NCBI GenBank assembly: GCA_965112735.1
Contig: OZ218960.1
Coordinates: 2,294,001 to 2,358,000, forward strand
DNA: 64,000 bases
From: Phaeosaccion multiseriatum
Lineage: Eukaryota; Protista; Ochrophyta, other classes
Direction of reading: 5' to 3'
A program made the translations under genes and the position numbers. The notes below the pieces were generated by a model. That model did no database searches and was not told the origin of the DNA. It was given only the letters and a program-made list of their open reading frames with translations. Below, in pieces: positions 57,230-64,000 of the stretch. Position 1 is the first letter of the stretch. Every line of letters starts with the position of its first letter.

Positions 57230-57707
57230 GACTCTCTGTCCCTCTCTCTCTCTGTGTCCGTCTCCTCAGACCCCCCCTGCTGCTGGGCGAGGGGGAGGCC
57301 CACACAACGCGTGGTTGGCGGAGTCTTTCCTCGTTTTGGTGAGTAATTTATGCCCAGGGGCAGGAGCTGGGGGCTGGGGGCAGAGGGGAGAGAGAGAGGA
57401 TGGATTAGACCCATGCCCTTCCGAAGCTTTATCACTCTCCAGTTCACAAATATCTGTTACAAGAGAGAGAAAACAAAGGGTAGGGGATAGGTGGACGGGA
57501 GGGTGAGATTCATTGTCTTCTGACTTGAGCGCTCACACGAGGACAAGCAAGGGGTGAACCCTAAATACGTTTGTTTCCTCTTGCTGGCTGCTTCGAGAGC
57601 TCACACCTAAGACAAGGGGCGTTAAAGAGTGGCCGCTAAGCAGTGACTCGGCTGTCCTATCTCCCACGCGTTTCCCACCCGCCGCCCCTCTCACTCAGGG
57701 TAACGCA

Positions 57708-58610
57708 ATGCACAAGAAGGGAGGAGAAGGAGAGCGTCGCTCGATGGGCTGCCAGACCGACGCGGACCAACATGTCATCCCCTTGGACGAGGAGGAGGAG
57801 GAGGAGGGCGAGGAAGAGAGGGGATTGCCCAGCAGGAGCGGCCTGCAGAAGAGGGTCACGCTCCTGTCTGCCTGCTGCGGTGTGCTAGGGGTCTGCTTGC
57901 TCGCGGCATGCGGCTTGGCGGGCAGCTTCTATAGAGACGCCAGAGAGTGGGAGGGCGCAGCAAGAGGGGCAGGAGTCCACGTAGCAGGCAGAGCAGCAGC
58001 CGCACCGTCTGCCGCCACTGCAGGAGGAGCAAGTAGGGGGTGGGGCTCCATATGGACGGGAAGACGTGCCTCAACAGCCTCGACAGCGACCTTTGGAGAA
58101 GTGGGGGAGATGGGCGAGGTGGTGGTGTGGAGGAGTGGGAATCACAGCTCGTGGGCTGCTGGCGGTAGGGACGGGGAGAGGGGCAGCAAAAGCAGCAGTA
58201 CGAGCGTGGCGGAGGGGACGGGGGAGGCTGCGGAGTGGACCATGCCCAAGGACTGCGGGGGCGGTGGGGCGGTATTGGTGGACTCTTGCTTCATCAAGAT
58301 TAGCCTGGGCAACTGCGGCAAGAACTTGTTTCAGAGCCCCACCAAGGCTTTTGCCGGCATGTGGCAGAGCTTCGAGAGCTCGCTGCACAAGGCCGAGATC
58401 GGCCTGCATAGGGCCCTCTTCGGGGATGATGATGATGATGATGATGAAGAGGAGGAGGAGGAGAAGGAGAAGAAGGAGGAGGAGGATGGTGAAGGGGAGA
58501 AACAGCGGCAGGAGGGAAGGGAGCGGGGCGGGGAGGCACCTTCCAAGCACTCTTGCTCGGACAACTTTCGGCAGGGTCTCCACAACTTGGTGTCCTCATT
58601 CTTGGTCTGA
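57708..58610 (+). CDS. Hypothetical single-pass membrane protein (300 aa, single exon)
   Basis: Uninterrupted ORF with one TM (VTLLSACCGVLGVCLLAACGLAG), a small Cys-containing segment (DCGG..VLVDSCFIKISLGNCGK) and an acidic tract. Divergent from the TBC gene. Confidence 0.6.
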   Translation: MHKKGGEGERRSMGCQTDADQHVIPLDEEEEEEGEEERGLPSRSGLQKRVTLLSACCGVLGVCLLAACGLAGSFYRDAREWEGAARGAGVHVAGRAAAAPSAATAGGASRGWGSIWTGRRASTASTATFGEVGEMGEVVVWRSGNHSSWAAGGRDGERGSKSSSTSVAEGTGEAAEWTMPKDCGGGGAVLVDSCFIKISLGNCGKNLFQSPTKAFAGMWQSFESSLHKAEIGLHRALFGDDDDDDDEEEEEEKEKKEEEDGEGEKQRQEGRERGGEAPSKHSCSDNFRQGLHNLVSSFLV

Positions 58611-59719
58611 CGACGAGAGGAGCTAGTGTAATAGTGGTTGCTGCTTGTAGGCAGCTCTGATCCAGCTCTGGTTGGGTCTCGCTCTGGTTGGGTCTCGATA
58701 CGCGCCCCCCGCCCCTCTCAGCGCGACCAAGGGTGTATAAGTAGTGCGGACTTTTTTTTTTTTCTTTTTCCTTTGTTTGGTTCTTTCTGGATGGAGACGC
58801 ACCAACCCGTCCGTAAACTTAGGTACAAAGTCAACCTTTTGTACATAATGCTGTAGCAGTTCTTTTTACTGTGATTTGTTTGACGACGTTTGAACCCCTT
58901 TTTGACGCCCTTTGCACGCCTACACCTTTTACGTTACTTTTTTAGTAAGAGAGATACCTGGGTGAACGGACAGCTAATCGGTTTTGCTGCTAACTCTGAA
59001 GGATACAGGTTGTTTGAGGTTCCGATGGCTTTATTGTGCCTCCCTTACCTATGGCTACTCTGGACGCTGAGCAGAAATTCACACGCACCTCTGGAAAGTG
59101 GAAAAGGGGGGGGGGGGGGGGGCGAGGGGGGGCTAATTTTCCCAGCGGACAGACACCCAATTCCCTTACGTGCCGTACTTATGTAAGGATGTGACGTACT
59201 TACGTAAGTATGCGACGCACTTACGTAAGTTTCTAAAAGTAATTTCTTTTCCATTTTCAACTTCCCTTAGTAACTTACTCCCGACTTCTAAAGGTGGCAA
59301 TGTGTTCGTAAGAGGCAGGGCAAGACAGGGAGGCAAGTACGGCGCCAGTAGTGGCTAAAGAAGAAAAAGGGGGGGGGGGCTGGGGGGGGTAGGCCCTGTC
59401 CGCAAAACGGGTGTCCGATCAGTCCGACCCAGGTTAGCAGTTGCGGGTAGTTTGAGTTCCAGTTTGGCGGCGAAAACTCCCCTCCTCCTCCTCAACTCCC
59501 ACAAACTTCTCTCTTCTCACCTCTCACCATCTCGCTTCGGATTGCGCTTCGAGTTCCCGACGACTTGTCTTCCCTTGGCGTTGATTTCTCTGGAAACTTA
59601 AGGAGCTTAAAGCTATAGCTAAGGATGGTTTGAGAAAAGAAAAAGGAACAAAGGGTTTGGGGTTACAAGAAGGGAGTGGATAGTCAAGGGCATTGCACAC
59701 CCCAGGAAAAGGGGCTGAC

Positions 59720-62085
59720 ATGAACCGGGTCGAGGAGGGGCCGCCTGCAGGTGGAGCCGCGGGAGCTCGCGATGAGTTCTACCTCTCTTTCGAGAACATC
59801 AAGAGCTCTGTCGATGTCTCAGGGCTTAATGCGATGCTCATGGGGACTGAGAAGGGTACCATGGACATCCTCCGGGGCGTGAGCGGAAAGGTCAAGGCGG
59901 GAGAGGTGCTGGCGATCATAGGAGGTAGCGGAGCGGGAAAGACGAGTCTTCTGAACGTCTTGGCCCGGAAGAACCTCACCGGGGCCTACACGGTCAGCGG
60001 TCGGGTACGGCTGGGAGGCAAGGCCATGAACTCCACCGTCTTTAGACAATTTTGTGGCTATGTCCCTCAGGTACGTGGTGCCACAGTACCGTCTGTCTGC
60101 TGAGTGTGCTGGTGATGAAAATGCCGTGGTGGTGGGCACGAGTACAACACGAGGTAAACTGGTCCTGGGATGTGTGTATCATTTCGTGATCATAACGATG
60201 GTTGATTCCAATTAAACTCTCGCAGGAGGACTCTCTGTGGGCAATGATGACCGTCCGGGAGCACTTGGTAAGTTCTTTGCACACTCAACCCAGCGCGAGC
60301 TTAAGTTACCCGAGCCTAACAGGCAGCGCCGTTCTCTTTTCACAGGATTACGCCGCGAGGCTCTACAATCCGTACCATTCGGACGCGGAGAGGGAGGAAA
60401 TCGTCATGGCTGTTGTCAGCGATCTCGGGCTCGAGGCTTGCCAGAACAGACTGGTGAGTGAGTGAGTGAGTGAGATATGCTACAGGAAACATGCCGAGCG
60501 AACACGATTCTCGATGCTGCCTTCGCTCTTCTCCTCATGCGGACAGCTTTGAGACCGTTGTACGTGGGAGCTGTTGAGTCAACTCAACAATGCCGCGCCT
60601 TCCCCATATCCATGCGCGCTCTCTCTCTCTCTCTCCCTCCCTCCCTCCCTCCCTCCCTCCCTCCCCTCTCTTCCCTCCCTCTCCCTCACTCACTCTCTCT
60701 CTCTCCCTCTCTCCCTTTCTCTCTCTCTCTTCCTTCTATTCCGTTGCGCCTCAGATTGGAAACGTCATCATCAGGGGCGTGTCAGGGGGCCAGCGCAAGA
60801 GAGCTAGTGTGGGTGTGGAACTTGTAGGCACCACCAAGAAGTGCCTACTGCTGGACGAGTGCACGTCAGGACTCGGTGAGTGAGTGAGCATATTGCGGCA
60901 TTGTGTGGCACATCATTAGTGAGCTCTTATCCTCCTCCTCCTCCTCCTCCTTCTTCTTCTTCTTCTTCTTCTTCTTCTTCTTCTTCTTCTTCTTCTTCTT
61001 CTTCTTCTTCTTCTTCTTCTTCTTCTTCTTCTTCTTCTTCTTCTTCTTCTTCTTCTCCTTTCATAGATGCGTCGGCCGCCGGGCAGTTGATGGGCCTGCT
61101 GAGAAGCCTCGCCACCAGCCGCAACCTTGTCGTGGTTTCCACTATCCACCAGCCTTCGTCCAAAGTGTTCCTCAACTTCGATCAGGTGCTGCTGCTGGCA
61201 AGAGGCAGTACGGTCTATTTCGGACCCGCCGCTGAGAGCCTCGCCTACTTTGAAGCACAGGGCAAGAGGTGTGACCCCGAGGTCAACCCTGGTGAGTGAA
61301 TGAGGGAGTGTGCGTGTGCGCATGCGGCGGATGGGTCAAATCTCACTCGCTCAAAGGAGGGAAGGGGGAAAGATGTAGCGGGCTAAGCAGGCATCGAGGC
61401 TGGATTGAGGGTGTCGAGGAGAGCAGCGTACTTGTGTTATTGTGCTTCTCCTCGTCCTCCGTCTCTTCCCCCTTCTCCTCTTCGCTCTCCCCATCACTCC
61501 TCCTCCTCCTCCCTCCTCCTCCTCTTCCCCTCCTCTTCCTCACGCTGGCAGCGGACTTCATCGTCGAGATCTCCAACGCCGACTTCACACCGCAGTATGA
61601 GATCGACCGGCTGGTCCACCAGTGGGACGACAGACAGATGGTCAACGTGGGTGTGCAAGGGAGCGAAACGCCGGGCATTGTAGTGCCTCACAGGGAGCCT
61701 CTCCTCTTGGTGCGGGGAGGGGCGAACCAGTTGAGAGTGCTGGTGGAGCGCACCATTAAGGTGTATACCCGAGACCCGGTTGTGTACACAGTGCGGATGG
61801 GAGTGCATGCTTTCATGAGCTTCTACCTTGCTTCTGTCTACTACCAGATTACCGATGCACAGGAAGATGTTATGGACAGGTATGTTGGGTGCGTGTCTAT
61901 GTAGTGTGTGTGTGTGTGTGTATGTTTGTGTGTGTGATCGATCGTTCACCTTGAGCACACAAAATCGCTCTGCAGCTCCGTCGACCCTCCTCCTCTTTTC
62001 AGCCCCTCCCACGGCCATGCCCCGGCACCCCTCGTCCCTTGAACTCACGCCCCCCCCCCTTGACTTCGGTACATACTCATTAACC

Positions 62086-62129
<44 letters not shown>

Positions 62130-63062
62130 GTGTTCCTGAACCTTTGGATTCAGGCCTTCAACTCGTACTTTGCCATGGGGTCCCTGCCCGCCTTTGCGCT
62201 GGAGAAGCTCACAGTATCGAGAGAGATCGACAATGGACAGTACAGCGCTGGGCAATACTGCATCGTAATGGCTTTGGTGCAGATGCCCTTTGTCTTCATC
62301 GGCACCGTCATGGCCGTGGCGCCTGTGTACTGGATCACAGACATGAACGATGACGTGGGCCGTTTCTGGCAGGTGAGTGAGTGAGTGGGTGGGTGAGTGA
62401 GTGGGTGGGTGGGTGACGGAGGGACGAAGTGAGTGAGTAAGTGAGTGAGTGAGTGAGTGAGTGAGTGGGGGACAGAAAAGGAGAGAGGAAGAAACAGAAA
62501 TTTAAGAGCGTTACCTAACCCATCATCTCTCCCGCCGCTCTGGTAATGCGTCTTTTCGCACACCCTGACGCTTCTTGTATCACCAACACCACCACCACCA
62601 CCACCAACCCCACACCAGTACTGCTGCGTGGTGTTTGGGCTGCTGTACTCTATCGAGTCTCTGAGTGTGCTGGTGGGGGCAGCGGTCAAGTACTTCATCT
62701 TTGGGCTTGCCATCATGGCCTCCGTCATCTCGTGCGAGTTCATCATGAACGGCTTCTTTGTGGCCGTCGACAACATCCCCTACTTCTATCTCTGGCTGTA
62801 CTACATTAGCCCCTTCAAGTACTCCTACGAGGCATGTGTCCACCTCACCTTCAAGGGGCGTCCATTGGACGACTTTGACTCGTGCACGACAACGTGCTTC
62901 GGCAACTCAGGAGACGACGTGCTGCAACGACTCGAGAACGGAGGGCCCAACCTGCTGAACATCAATGTCGGGCTGTGGATACTCGTGCTGCTGGGCATCT
63001 CGGCGGTGTATCGCGTTATGCACTATGCGATTCTCAGGAGCCAGCTCATCTCCAAGGAGTAG
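59720..63062 (+). CDS. ABCG/White-type half-size ABC transporter
   Basis: Walker A GGSGAGKTSLLN, CGYVPQED, signature GVSGGQRKR, LLDECTSGLD, STIHQPS, VYFGP and NPADF, followed by the ABC2 membrane domain (YISPFKYSYE). Confidence 0.96.
60931..61055. repeat. (CCT)n(TCT)n microsatellite forming the polypyrimidine tract
   Basis: Directly upstream of the ABCG acceptor at ~61067. Confidence 0.95.
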
Positions 63063-63491
63063 TGTAGTGGACTGCTGGCTGTTGAGGATACAGGATGCAT
63101 TTGAGTACTTGGAACGAGGAGCTTTTGACTTGTCGCTTTGGATTCGCTTCTTCCATACATATATATTTACACGGACATACTTCCCCACTGTGGTACAATA
63201 GAGATTGAAGTAGCCTTTTAGGTGTGTGTGTGTTCTTGGCAGTGAATGTGAATTTCGCACAGCACAACAACACACTTGTAAAACGATAAAATTATCCCTC
63301 TTGTCACCGTCTCGATACGTATTGAGTAGTGGGCTGCTACAGCTGACAGGGGCAAACACACCCCTCCAGCCCCCCCCCCCCCCCCCAACGCCCGCCCCGA
63401 GCGACTTGCGTTTCGACTCCCCCAAGTCCTGCCTGCTCTTGTCGCCTTCTACTAACTAATAGTACTATCAGTATGCCAAGGAACGCCCTGC

Positions 63492-63994
63492 TTACGCTCT
63501 GTTCGCCTCCTCAACTCCTGACCCCGCTTCCTCCTCCACAGGCTGCTCCGCGGGCTTCTCCTCGGCCTTATTCTTGTCGCCGTAACCCTCCGTACGCGCG
63601 GCTGCCCGAAAGGTGTTTGTCTTGAGCAACTTGACCAAATTCCTTGTCTGCCCCATATCTCCATTGGTGGGCAGGTCCTTGGCACGGAGCCACACGCGGC
63701 GGGTGCCAAACTTTGTCCGGTTCTTGTTCTTCACACGGCCAAAGGAGTCCATCGCCTCGAGATGCAGAGGCAGCGAATAGAAGCTCACCAGATCCTCCCG
63801 GTTGTGCCACACAGAGACAGTCTCGAAGGTTGGCCGGAAGAGGAAGAAGCTCTTGGCCTGCAGGGACTTTGTGAAGCCAATGACCTTGCCTTGTGATGCC
63901 TCTCTCATTTGGTCAAATAAGCGCTTGGAGTAGTCGTTGAACAGAGAGAACTGGCTCATGGGCACGGATATCCACGTGTGAAGACAGAAATACT
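63492..63994 (-). CDS. DUF3291/ABM-like dimeric alpha-beta barrel protein (last exon; 5' part beyond window)
   Basis: Acceptor at ~63995. The segment TFETVSVWHNREDLVSFYSLPLHLEAM matches the T.S.W.....L..F....H..AM pattern. Confidence 0.5.
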
Positions 63995-64000
63995 CTGTGA

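Overview
Gene-dense, GC-rich eukaryotic DNA with GT-AG introns full of microsatellites. It is probably from a photosynthetic stramenopile (ochrophyte, eustigmatophyte-like); this is an inference from two bipartite plastid-targeting leaders and the GGGA/CCCT-rich introns. I assembled 17 protein-coding genes by hand from splice signals and reading phase, so exon boundaries are manual predictions. In order: multi-pass membrane HECT E3 ligase (runs off the left edge), divergent profilin-like protein, ribokinase, GT34 glycosyltransferase joined to a sulfotransferase-like domain, GRAM-VASt lipid-transfer protein, DUF501 protein, plastid ABC1 kinase, plastid triose-phosphate translocator, YCII protein, a hypothetical protein, UAA-family nucleotide-sugar transporter, RPLP2, PTB/hnRNP-L-like RRM protein, TBC-TLDc protein, a hypothetical membrane protein, ABCG transporter, and a partial DUF3291-like protein. 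Twelve of these form six head-to-head pairs. Two small TCGA-bounded inverted-repeat elements lie at about 10.2-10.8 kb. The most striking unexplained signal is a dispersed motif, CAG-TTGGTGATA-CAG, sitting mostly in CAG/CTG tracts. I count 12 exact copies of its 11-mer core plus many variants, in both exons and introns, and its orientation depends on exon versus intron context. Most of the supplied ORF track is microsatellite or antisense noise.
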